Source: an uncultured virus (IMG/VR IMGVR_UViG_3300042934_000869) (lineage: Duplodnaviria > Heunggongvirae > Uroviricota > Caudoviricetes). Taken from it: DNA of 36,102 nucleotides. Made by a program: the position numbers and the translations under genes. Below are positions 1 to 9,489 of this stretch, one piece after another. Within the stretch, counting starts at the first letter, position 1, and each line of letters begins with the position of its first letter. The notes under the pieces are model-generated. The model made no database searches, was not told the DNA's origin, and worked only from the letters and a program-made list of their open reading frames with translations. The stretch is from the IMG/VR virus record IMGVR_UViG_3300042934_000869, one strand, 5' to 3'.

Positions 1-1427
1 TGGTGCTCTTCATACGCCCATAAAAAGAATTTGCTCATATCTACTGTACTAACTGTAGCTATGTTATTTAGTTGATTCTTAACTACTTGCGATATACTTA
101 AGAAACTAAATTCAGGTTTTGATTTTATAGATTCATATATTTCATCATTACTATATAATTGTCTGCTATACTCTTGAGAAGCTCCCTTTATTAAGGCACT
201 TGTTATATCATAGCATTCTAAACAATCATCTAGACTAATAAATCTATCTATATAAATGTTAGTTCTGAATATGTCTGTTGGTATATCGAATATGTTTATT
301 TTTTTAGAATTACAATAAGATATTAAATTTCTTAAAGATACCAGACCGTCTAATAATACCATAAATTTGTTTCTGTTCTCTTTATCGTATATAGCTTTGT
401 CTCCTTCTTTTAATGAAAATAGAGATCCTTTGTTTTTAGATGATCTACTGCCTCCATCTATTATCCATATTGTTTCATATATGTTTCTTATAAGTTCTGG
501 TGTTAGTATAGAATCTATTTGTTTATATAGCTCTATGCTAATTTCGTTCCTTATTCGATACGTTCCAATTCTGTATTCTGTTTCATATAAAGATTCCGGT
601 CTTGATACTTTTATTGGTATAAAGAACTCATTCTCATAAAGAAACCTTTCTGCTTGTTTAGTATGCGTGGTTGGATTAAATTTATTCTGAATCCTATCTT
701 TTAGAGTGTCTAGCTTAGACGTAACTTTGTATATTTTATAATTAGATACTAAATCCATATACACTGTTCCATCTGTTCTACTGTTAGCACTAAATAGTAA
801 TTTACTGGATTCATAAATCTGTTTAATATCCTTCTTAAAATCAAAAGTAGCTTGTGTCTCTATAACTGACATTTCGCTCATAATTTCAAGACCTATTTCT
901 CCATCTCCACCCCTAGTCAAAAGACCTTTTTCATTTATTAATTTACCTAAGTCTTGTCTTCTAGACTGTATAAAAAATACGAAGGATTGCCTTATAAACC
1001 CAATTGGATTAAAAGAACTATTTAGGTCGTATTTACTTTTAGAGTATAAAGAGAATCTTTCACTAAATTCATTTATGACTTCGTTTATATCATATTTAGC
1101 ATTCTTTAAATTATACTCTTTCCTTATTATTGGATTATATACTTTCTCTTTTATATAGTTTAAACTTAAGTAGTCTTCAAATAATTTTTCAATTCCATAT
1201 TTAAGTATGTACTCTTTTACCTTATATAGGAATCTATTTATGTCATTTCTATATCCATGAGTAGTTAAGAACTTCTTTAACTGCTCGAACCCATCTTCAT
1301 CAGATTTGAATGTTTCTGTAATTAACCTATCAAAAATTTTACTACAGCGTTCTTCATCTAGTAAAATCTCTGAAGCCATCTTTAGTTCTTGAACTCTAAT
1401 TTCACCTCTAAGTTCTCTCAATAACAT
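1..1427 (-). CDS. Hypothetical protein, >475 aa, runs off the left edge (absent from the ORF track)
   Basis: Manual translation from ATG at 1427 (GGAGGTGA RBS upstream): MLLRELRGEIRVQELKMASEILLDEERCSKIFD...FFLWAYEEH, with no stop before position 1. No family recognised. Confidence 0.8.
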   Translation of the reverse strand, partial: MLLRELRGEIRVQELKMASEILLDEERCSKIFDRLITETFKSDEDGFEQLKKFLTTHGYRNDINRFLYKVKEYILKYGIEKLFEDYLSLNYIKEKVYNPIIRKEYNLKNAKYDINEVINEFSERFSLYSKSKYDLNSSFNPIGFIRQSFVFFIQSRRQDLGKLINEKGLLTRGGDGEIGLEIMSEMSVIETQATFDFKKDIKQIYESSKLLFSANSRTDGTVYMDLVSNYKIYKVTSKLDTLKDRIQNKFNPTTHTKQAERFLYENEFFIPIKVSRPESLYETEYRIGTYRIRNEISIELYKQIDSILTPELIRNIYETIWIIDGGSRSSKNKGSLFSLKEGDKAIYDKENRNKFMVLLDGLVSLRNLISYCNSKKINIFDIPTDIFRTNIYIDRFISLDDCLECYDITSALIKGASQEYSRQLYSNDEIYESIKSKPEFSFLSISQVVKNQLNNIATVSTVDMSKFFLWAYEEH

Positions 1428-1432
1428 TTATA

Positions 1433-1951
1433 TCACCTCCCTATCAACATAGTAGTTACTAGGTTGATAACATAACAGTAAGTAACTATTAGTAGACCTT
1501 TTTGTACCACTGACCTTTGTGTTCTTAAAGGTCTAAAGCACATTGCTATAAAAGACATTATAGCTAATGCTATTAAGCGTAATATCCATATAATTAAATT
1601 CTGTATGAGTATTAACAGCTCTTCTAGTATTTTAGCTATAATTCCTTTTATAGAATAAAACTTTATATTTTTCTTATTATCTTTGCCATATTCCACATTC
1701 CAAAGACCAGCTTTATTACTTTTCTTTTTATTACAATCTGGACATATCGCAACACAATTAAACACTCGGTTTATACCAAACCATTTAGATACAGGGAATA
1801 TATGGTCTACTTCCATATTATGTACTGTTAGAGGTTTTATGCATTGGGAACAAAAATAGTATCTATTTAGAATACCTCTATTGTGTTTAAGATATTCTCC
1901 TCTGGCATCAAACTTTTCCCTTTTCATCCTTGAATAGGATTTGTAGCCCAA
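1433..1951 (-). CDS. HNH endonuclease-family protein with C-terminal hydrophobic (putative TM) helices
   Basis: CSQC...EVDHIFP...NCVAICPDCNKKK is the zinc-binding HNH signature. Two hydrophobic stretches in the last ~65 aa. TTG start with GGGGTGA RBS. Confidence 0.85.
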   Translation of the reverse strand: MGYKSYSRMKREKFDARGEYLKHNRGILNRYYFCSQCIKPLTVHNMEVDHIFPVSKWFGINRVFNCVAICPDCNKKKSNKAGLWNVEYGKDNKKNIKFYSIKGIIAKILEELLILIQNLIIWILRLIALAIMSFIAMCFRPLRTQRSVVQKGLLIVTYCYVINLVTTMLIGR

Positions 1952-2005
1952 AGTTTATCACCCCTTCTCCCCCTGAAAGTAATAACAGTCAGTAGCCTAG
2001 CATTG

Positions 2006-5000
2006 CTAGAAACTACTTGACTCTCTTACTTTATTATAATCCCTTTCTAAATCTTCTTGGGGATTAATATTGTTATTATCTTCTTCTATTATTAGCTCTT
2101 CGTCTGCTGTTATATTTGTAAAAGCTGAACTTTCTTCCAACTTTGATTCCTCACCTTCGAGATTATCAAATAAATCAAAATTAAGAGATTCAAAATTATT
2201 TAGATTCTCTAGGTTATTGAAATCTAATTCGTTATTACTTAATATACTAGACGTAGAACTGTTTGCTACTTCTCCTTCTAGTGCTATCTCTTTTAGGCTT
2301 GAAATTTTATTTATATATTTTGGTGTATTTATTCTTTTAGTTGCTTTAGTATGAGTATTTTCTCCTATCATCATTTGTGATAATGCACCCATTCTTTTTG
2401 ATCTTTGCCTGTCTGGTATTAGTGCTATATCTGCTATATTTCCTGCTACATTAGTGTATGCTAGGTTAGATAGGAATCCTCCTAATTTATTAACAACATC
2501 TTCTGTTTTCTCAGTCTTTTGATAGTAAGTTACATCAGCATTATCCTTTAGTATTTCTTGTAGGAAATAGCTACCTCCTGATTCATATCTCTCATCATTA
2601 GATTCTGTAACTCTTACTAAAGATGTTTGAACCCTTACTATGACTTCAAAATTCCTTACCGAGATTGTTATGTTGTTTGTAGAGAACATGTCATAAAACA
2701 CTTGTAATAAAGCTATTTGTCTCTCTTTTATAGATTCTTGAGAGCTGTCATTTCTCTTTACAGAATTAACATCTATAACTCCATTAGTAAGGAATTGTCC
2801 TCTTTCTACATACTCTCCATCTTGGATTATTACTGCGTCTTTAGGTACTTTATACTTATCATCTGATTTACCATTTAGGTTGTATATCATACAATCTTCT
2901 TTACCCATATCCTTTACTCTGAAGAAACCAGAATGATAAGCTGTTATTGCTGTTCTTTGTCTCTTAGGGAATGAGCCCTTTATATAAGCTTTGAATGTTT
3001 CAACACCAGATGACGATGAATCAGACTTTCCTCCATTGTTAACACTGTCTAGATTTAATTGTGTTGCAGTTTCTCCTATTGACTGAGAAGCACTTATTCC
3101 TATTTCTTCTCCAACTCTTGGGTACTTATGTCTCTCTGCTTTTACACCATAGCACTTAGCACAAACTCCTCCTATACTATTACAGTCTAGCATAAGTCTT
3201 ATGTTTACTTTAGTTAAGTTATTACTCTCTATCTCTTTTATAGTTTTGTTACTTACTATGGAATTCTCAAGATAGGGTAAATCGTAACCTACTCTATTCA
3301 GTATAAGTCCTTTAAACAATGGGTCTAGTTTATATTTAATATTTACTATTCCATCGTCTAGTATTACTTTTCTTATCTTTGCTTTTCTTATATAGTATAT
3401 TACTAAACTATCAACTATATTTCCTGATATGCTCATATACTTTTGTAAGTTCTCATCACTAGAGTGTATAGTCTTACCTATTAAATCTGCTATGTCTATG
3501 TCCTGACCATCTTTCTTTACTGATAGTAGTTCTGTACTGTATCTTACATCTATTAGATTATCAAGTTTACCACAATCATGCTCAACTATTTTAAAATTGC
3601 TTGTAGTAAATACAGAGCTTCTAGTTAACTCTCCTGCATCTGCTGTATCATTCTGAACTTTAGAGAAACCAACTCTTGTACCGTAAGATATAAGTATTTG
3701 GTCGAATGAGCTTAACCCTCTAGAGTAGTTAGATAATATAGGTGTCTCTAATTCGTCATTATTACTTCTAGATACTATACCTATAATTCCGCAAGATTGC
3801 ATCAACTGTGATAGATTACCTCTAGCGCCGGAATCCATTATAATGAATAAATTATTATTTCTGTCATAGTAACTTAATAAACCTTTTTTAATATAATCTG
3901 TCATATACTTATAGATTTTAAATGAAGATGTTTTTCTATCTTCGTCTGTTATTAGTCCTAACTCAAAGAAATCATTTATTTCTTTTACTATAGCTTCCGA
4001 TTTAGAAATCATAGAATCTATCTCTGGGTGTTCTATATAGTCGTCTGGGTGTAAAGTAATTCCAGACCTATCACAAGCACTTACTCCAAAGATTAACATT
4101 TTATCTAGGTATTCACATACTTTCTTGTTACTGCATTTTTCCATTAAGTAGTAGCATATTTCTTGCATACTAAAAGTTTGTAGTGGTACTCTTCCAGTCT
4201 CTTTATCAACTTTACCTTTAGGGTCTTTATTCTTTTTTATCAATCCATCGAATGCTAGATTTTTATAGTTTGTTTTATCTATGAAATCTAGTCCCAGTGG
4301 GTTTGTAAATTCATTATTTGTAAATCCATCAGGTAATAATGAGTTGAATAATATCCTACCTGCTGTAGATAAATACTTTTCACCATTAGAATGTTTATAA
4401 CATATTAAATCATATCTTTCTATATTTTTATATAATATGTCAGAATCTAATGTTTCTAAGTTATCATATAATACTATATTGTTCTCTGAGTATTTTTCAG
4501 TATCTTTATACCATGTTTTATTTTCATGCAACATAGTACTTAAATAAATACCTAATAGAATATCTTGCTTAGGTATCAATATAAAACTATCATCTTTAGT
4601 ATTTAACATTTCTGAGTAAGTAGAGATTTTTTCTAGCAATTCAGCTTCAGTCTCTGGATCTAAAGGAAATGCTCCGTACATTTGGTCCCCATCAAAATCT
4701 GCATTATATGCATCACATGTTAATGGATGTAACTGTATAGCTTGTCCTTTAACTACTTTTACTTTAAATGCTCTACATCCTAATCTGTGTAATGTTGGTT
4801 GTCTTCCTAGTATTATGACTTTGGATTCTATATACTCTATTAGCATCTCAGTTATCAGTCTTAGATGTGATTTAGATTCTTCTATTGAACCCAAGCATAA
4901 CAATCCTCCAACTTTCGCATAATCCTCTGTTACTATAGCGTCTAATAATGCAGATACATTATCATCACTTCTAGAACCGTTTTCAAGTATTGTATATGCT

Positions 5001-8000
5001 TTTGTTAATTTTGGTTTTATGAAATCAGATAGACAATTTACACAGTAAGAAAAAGGTATTCCAGCTTGTTCTAACGTTATAAGACCTGCTTCTGCAGGTA
5101 CAATAGTACCTCTGAATGACCTTGATATTATTTTAGTCATTGCATTATCTCTGATAGCACCGTCTGAATTTTCTGCTCTTTTACCTGTAAAGTATGTAAG
5201 TATGGTTCTAACTTTCTTTTCTTTTCCATACTCGTGTGATTCGTCATATCCTATAAATCCTGCTATACTGTTAAATATTTCTGTAGATTTATTTATATTA
5301 TTTACTTTTACTGAATTTATTATTCTTCTATAGTATAGGTCAAAGTCACTAACTCGATTCATCATACTTAATCTATATGTTCTAGGTAGTATTGGGAAAT
5401 GGGAGATTATGAAATCTTTGAACTCCATCTCTTCTTTTTTAAGCATTTCTATCATTGAATACAACTGCTCTTCTTTGTATATATCGTCTCCCCAGTGCTC
5501 TCTAGATTCTTTCATTTTAGCTATTGAGCTAGAATAGAAATTATATGAATCTTCTAATTTACATACTTTAAATAAGTGAACAACCGATGGCATTCCTGAT
5601 TTGAATTCATAACCTTTAATATCTCTAAGTTCTGATATATTAGTTAGCTTAGTTACTATAGCATTTTCTCCACTTACATCTACATACGCTTTTCCTAATA
5701 TTATATCTCTTAAGAATCTAGCGTTTAATGGCTCTGGCTTGTTTAATACATATTCTCCTTTACTCTTTTCTTTAAGTACTCTAGCTATTAATAGTTTACC
5801 TAATCTACTCTTGTAAATCCATGTGGGGTGTATAATCTCACATTTTAATTCCATATATCCCCATCTTTGTCTTACCTTAAATAATTTATTTGGATCATCT
5901 GTTGTTCCAAATATAAGATGGTCATGTAAACTCTCTTTGTTATTTTCTATAGGTCTTTCTGCAAATGAACATATATCAGAATCTGTAAGTATCTTCATCT
6001 TATACCCGCCATTTTCCTCATCATTTACTATATCAGTACCTAGCATTCTGGATATAGCTAGTGCGTAAGCATCATTATGATTTTCAGCATTATCTACAAT
6101 TGATCCATCAAATTCTCTATCTCCACCTTTTGATCTATTCACTATGAATTTTTTACTTACTAGATCGTCAGACAGTACAGACATTATTTCTTGTAATCCT
6201 CTAGTACATCCTGCTGAGATAAATGCCCAAGTCTCCATCTCTCCAAATGATTGTCCTCCACCTCTCTTTTTACCTTTTACTGGTTGTAGAGTTGTTGTAC
6301 TAATATTTGTTATTAGATTTGTACTTGCCGACTTAGAACTAGATAAATGTTTTAGCTTTTGGTAGTACATTACTCCTACAGTTGTAGGTCTGTCGAATAG
6401 TGCTCCTGTTCTTCCGTCTACTAAATATTCTGGTTTTGTATCTGTTAATTCAGTATATTTAGCTACTATCTCTTTTGAGTCTGGGTGATAAGGACTTAGT
6501 ACTACTCTCTTATCAGCTCCTAATTTAGTTGCTGCAAATGCTATAAGAGCATGGTAAAACTGAGCTACATTCATTCTTGAAGGCACTCCTAGTGGATTTA
6601 TTTCAAGGTCTAAAGGTTCTCCTGTTGATTGTATATATGGCATATGTGACTCTGGTACTATCTTAGCTACTACACCTTTATTACCATAGTCTCCTGTCAT
6701 CTTATCTCCTACGTCTATTTCTTTTATAGTTGCTATATAAACAGTTGCTATAGTATCATTATTAGATAATGTTGCTAGTATTACCTCTCCTTCTGTTACT
6801 ACATCTAATTTAATAGAACTGTCTTTTATACCAACTTCTCCCTTTACATATTTAGCTATTACTACAGATTTAGGCTTTAGATACGTGCCTACTTGTGGTA
6901 AACCCTCTTTAGTAAAGTCAGGTATGTATGATAGGCATCCGAACGTTTCTACTTCGTTACTATTTTCATCTTCTGATTTCTTTAGTTCATACCTTATCTC
7001 TTTGATGTATATATGAGCTAATTTATTAGTACCTAAAAGACCTCCCGATATTGTCATTCCATCATCTAGACAGGAGGACATCCATGTTTTAACCCCTACT
7101 TTTAAATTTACTCCTGTTGCTAGGTCTACACAAAAATCATTATTTGGGTCTACCTTCATGTGTCCTGTTTCTAGATATTTATCTACATCATATTTTCTAA
7201 TGTCTAGACTATTATCATACGCTACTATGTCATCTCCTTGATAAACTAAATTCCTAGTAGGTCTTATATTGTATTGTGTTAGAGAATCATCTGTGGTTCT
7301 TCTACAGAATGGAAGAATTCTTTCTACAGTTAATGTTTCTTCATCTCTTCCTAAGTCTAATTCGAATATTAATTTTCTATATCCAGGTTCGGATGTTACA
7401 GTGCTTACTAACTTTATAGGTCTATTAATAAAGTTCTCAAACTCTATATGAGATACTATATTTGAATTATTTATATAGTATAAACTTAGTATATCCTTAG
7501 CTGTCTCTATTCCAGGCTGTAGTAAACTTATAACACCTGTTGAAAATATAGGTCTTTCTGCACGTAAAGTTATAACTGCTTGTTTACGTTGACCGTCTGA
7601 CATTGTAGTTCTTTTACCAGCTTGGAACTCTCCCATAGGTATTAATGCTGATGGTAAACTTAAATTGTTTAAGTTAGAATACTCTATATACTGTAATTTG
7701 GATGGGTGAACTTTTATAATTCTTCCATTGTAATGACACGAAACTAGGTCACTACTTAAGTCACAATTCCAAGCTCCTATATAGCTATTTAGAATTTCAT
7801 ATGATTCTAACAGTACTGGTTCTTCTCCTAGAACTTTACAATTTTCTACTTTCATGAATTTACTTCTTATAGTTCCATCTTCTGCTTCTTCTGACATTAA
7901 GGTTCTATAATGAACTCTTCCTATCTTCTTAGACTCTGGCTGATGAAATGGGTCATATATTCCGTACTCTGAAGATTTTACTGTAATTAATCCATCATTA

Positions 8001-9244
8001 GATCTTCCTGAATAGTCAGACGCTATTTTACTGTTTTTAGCTAATACTGATACTATATTAGTTGTCTCTGATGGTTGCGACATTACTGGGTCTTCTTTTA
8101 TCTTACTTATTAAACTCTCTATATCTAGTGTTGGTATATCAATTAATGAAACATCAGTCTCTATACCTCCTGATATAAATGCATTTGATACGTAATTATT
8201 TATTATAAATAAATTATTCTTTATAGTCTCTAAAACTGTATCTTTATAAGTTACAATCTTTCTGTTATATAATTCGTATCTCTCATCCATAGAAGGGTAT
8301 CCATCTAATGTCAAAGCGAACATATTAAATATTGTGAATAACTCATTCTCGGATAAATCTTCTTCATCCACCAAAGGGTATTTCTTCAATTCATAAACTT
8401 TACTATTATAATAAACCATTAGTGTGTCTATACCAGAACTATCTATATCTTTTAATATTTCTTCAGTCAAAGTAGTTCCTGATTTATATGATAGTATATC
8501 TCTAGCTAATTCTTTATGAAGTGCTCTGGATAAGAAAGACATCTCTCTTTCTATTCTTGTTCTTGAGGCTCCTATATTCATCATCTTTTTAGAATAGAAT
8601 CTTCTCATTAACTCCTTATATTGAAATTCTGCTCCTAGATTATTTGAGGAACTTTTTCCTCCACCTTTACCTTCTCTTATAGCCTCTAGTACAGCTCTAA
8701 TGCATTCCTCTCTAGACGGTTCCTCTATAAGTGTAGATATTATGTATCTATTTTTCATACCTAACTTTAGAGCAAGTTCGTCAAAAGATTTCCCAGTAAG
8801 GGCTTTCAAAAATACTCCACCATTTATCTTACGCTTATTAGAACCTATCTTTATAAATATTTCTCCGTATGAACCTGCCATAGTTAACTTAGAACCATGA
8901 GATGGTATCATCTCCATTATCAGATGTTTATTGCTTTTTGTTAAGCACCAACCAGGAGCTCTTTTATCTACTCCCATCATTGAATAGAATGTTCCATTTA
9001 TTTTATATCCTAAGTAAGTTTCTGCTGGTACATGTAACACAGATACCGGCATTTTCTGCCATTGTCCTGTTATTAAATTTCTGATTTTTACCATTACTGA
9101 GACAGGTAAATATACTGTACTAGATGACTCTGGTGTTTCTACTGAGTCTATTAAATCATATGTCACAGAATAAAATTCTGTACTTGTTCCACAATTTTCA
9201 ATAAATGATCTAAGAGTATTCTTTAGATCTATATACACACTCAT
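2006..9244 (-). CDS. rpoBC: Fused DNA-directed RNA polymerase beta-beta' (RpoB-RpoC-like single chain), highly divergent
   Basis: Beta motifs GDKMTGDYGNKGVV, NPLGVPSRMN, VGVMYYQKLKHL, GGQSFGEMETWA, LQEIMSVLSDD. Beta' motifs RQPTLHRLG, catalytic YNADFDGDQM (NADFDGD at 4685-4705), DSGARG, bridge helix TADAGELTR, GVCAKCYG, QSIGETATQL. One uninterrupted frame; junction near 6004-6025. Confidence 0.97.
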   Translation of the reverse strand: MSVYIDLKNTLRSFIENCGTSTEFYSVTYDLIDSVETPESSSTVYLPVSVMVKIRNLITGQWQKMPVSVLHVPAETYLGYKINGTFYSMMGVDKRAPGWCLTKSNKHLIMEMIPSHGSKLTMAGSYGEIFIKIGSNKRKINGGVFLKALTGKSFDELALKLGMKNRYIISTLIEEPSREECIRAVLEAIREGKGGGKSSSNNLGAEFQYKELMRRFYSKKMMNIGASRTRIEREMSFLSRALHKELARDILSYKSGTTLTEEILKDIDSSGIDTLMVYYNSKVYELKKYPLVDEEDLSENELFTIFNMFALTLDGYPSMDERYELYNRKIVTYKDTVLETIKNNLFIINNYVSNAFISGGIETDVSLIDIPTLDIESLISKIKEDPVMSQPSETTNIVSVLAKNSKIASDYSGRSNDGLITVKSSEYGIYDPFHQPESKKIGRVHYRTLMSEEAEDGTIRSKFMKVENCKVLGEEPVLLESYEILNSYIGAWNCDLSSDLVSCHYNGRIIKVHPSKLQYIEYSNLNNLSLPSALIPMGEFQAGKRTTMSDGQRKQAVITLRAERPIFSTGVISLLQPGIETAKDILSLYYINNSNIVSHIEFENFINRPIKLVSTVTSEPGYRKLIFELDLGRDEETLTVERILPFCRRTTDDSLTQYNIRPTRNLVYQGDDIVAYDNSLDIRKYDVDKYLETGHMKVDPNNDFCVDLATGVNLKVGVKTWMSSCLDDGMTISGGLLGTNKLAHIYIKEIRYELKKSEDENSNEVETFGCLSYIPDFTKEGLPQVGTYLKPKSVVIAKYVKGEVGIKDSSIKLDVVTEGEVILATLSNNDTIATVYIATIKEIDVGDKMTGDYGNKGVVAKIVPESHMPYIQSTGEPLDLEINPLGVPSRMNVAQFYHALIAFAATKLGADKRVVLSPYHPDSKEIVAKYTELTDTKPEYLVDGRTGALFDRPTTVGVMYYQKLKHLSSSKSASTNLITNISTTTLQPVKGKKRGGGQSFGEMETWAFISAGCTRGLQEIMSVLSDDLVSKKFIVNRSKGGDREFDGSIVDNAENHNDAYALAISRMLGTDIVNDEENGGYKMKILTDSDICSFAERPIENNKESLHDHLIFGTTDDPNKLFKVRQRWGYMELKCEIIHPTWIYKSRLGKLLIARVLKEKSKGEYVLNKPEPLNARFLRDIILGKAYVDVSGENAIVTKLTNISELRDIKGYEFKSGMPSVVHLFKVCKLEDSYNFYSSSIAKMKESREHWGDDIYKEEQLYSMIEMLKKEEMEFKDFIISHFPILPRTYRLSMMNRVSDFDLYYRRIINSVKVNNINKSTEIFNSIAGFIGYDESHEYGKEKKVRTILTYFTGKRAENSDGAIRDNAMTKIISRSFRGTIVPAEAGLITLEQAGIPFSYCVNCLSDFIKPKLTKAYTILENGSRSDDNVSALLDAIVTEDYAKVGGLLCLGSIEESKSHLRLITEMLIEYIESKVIILGRQPTLHRLGCRAFKVKVVKGQAIQLHPLTCDAYNADFDGDQMYGAFPLDPETEAELLEKISTYSEMLNTKDDSFILIPKQDILLGIYLSTMLHENKTWYKDTEKYSENNIVLYDNLETLDSDILYKNIERYDLICYKHSNGEKYLSTAGRILFNSLLPDGFTNNEFTNPLGLDFIDKTNYKNLAFDGLIKKNKDPKGKVDKETGRVPLQTFSMQEICYYLMEKCSNKKVCEYLDKMLIFGVSACDRSGITLHPDDYIEHPEIDSMISKSEAIVKEINDFFELGLITDEDRKTSSFKIYKYMTDYIKKGLLSYYDRNNNLFIIMDSGARGNLSQLMQSCGIIGIVSRSNNDELETPILSNYSRGLSSFDQILISYGTRVGFSKVQNDTADAGELTRSSVFTTSNFKIVEHDCGKLDNLIDVRYSTELLSVKKDGQDIDIADLIGKTIHSSDENLQKYMSISGNIVDSLVIYYIRKAKIRKVILDDGIVNIKYKLDPLFKGLILNRVGYDLPYLENSIVSNKTIKEIESNNLTKVNIRLMLDCNSIGGVCAKCYGVKAERHKYPRVGEEIGISASQSIGETATQLNLDSVNNGGKSDSSSSGVETFKAYIKGSFPKRQRTAITAYHSGFFRVKDMGKEDCMIYNLNGKSDDKYKVPKDAVIIQDGEYVERGQFLTNGVIDVNSVKRNDSSQESIKERQIALLQVFYDMFSTNNITISVRNFEVIVRVQTSLVRVTESNDERYESGGSYFLQEILKDNADVTYYQKTEKTEDVVNKLGGFLSNLAYTNVAGNIADIALIPDRQRSKRMGALSQMMIGENTHTKATKRINTPKYINKISSLKEIALEGEVANSSTSSILSNNELDFNNLENLNNFESLNFDLFDNLEGEESKLEESSAFTNITADEELIIEEDNNNINPQEDLERDYNKVRESSSF

Positions 9245-9489
9245 TTACTGACCCCCTTAAAGTAAAGCTCAAATATATTTCCATAATAATGTTCTAGTAT
9301 ATTTACTATTCTCGGAAATAGCTTTGGGTATTCTTTCTCCAATTTGTTATCTACTATATAATGAAACATTCCTAAAATTTCTGATTCTCTTACTATGGAT
9401 TGTTTATTAGAACTTATTGAAGTTTCTGAAATTAGAACTCTAGACTCATCTGGAGTTACCCATTGATTTTTTCTACTGTTATTTATCAT
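9241..9489 (-). CDS. Hypothetical protein (82 aa), translationally coupled to the RNAP gene
   Basis: ATGA overlap with the RNAP start. GGAGG RBS. Confidence 0.7.
   Translation of the reverse strand: MINNSRKNQWVTPDESRVLISETSISSNKQSIVRESEILGMFHYIVDNKLEKEYPKLFPRIVNILEHYYGNIFELYFKGVSK

Noticed and set aside
2006..9244. Housekeeping rpoB/rpoC, or a fusion caused by assembly error, intein or intron
   Set aside because: Too divergent and without ribosomal-protein neighbours; the junction is compact and in frame; no intein or homing-endonuclease insertion seen. Read-level confirmation is still advisable.
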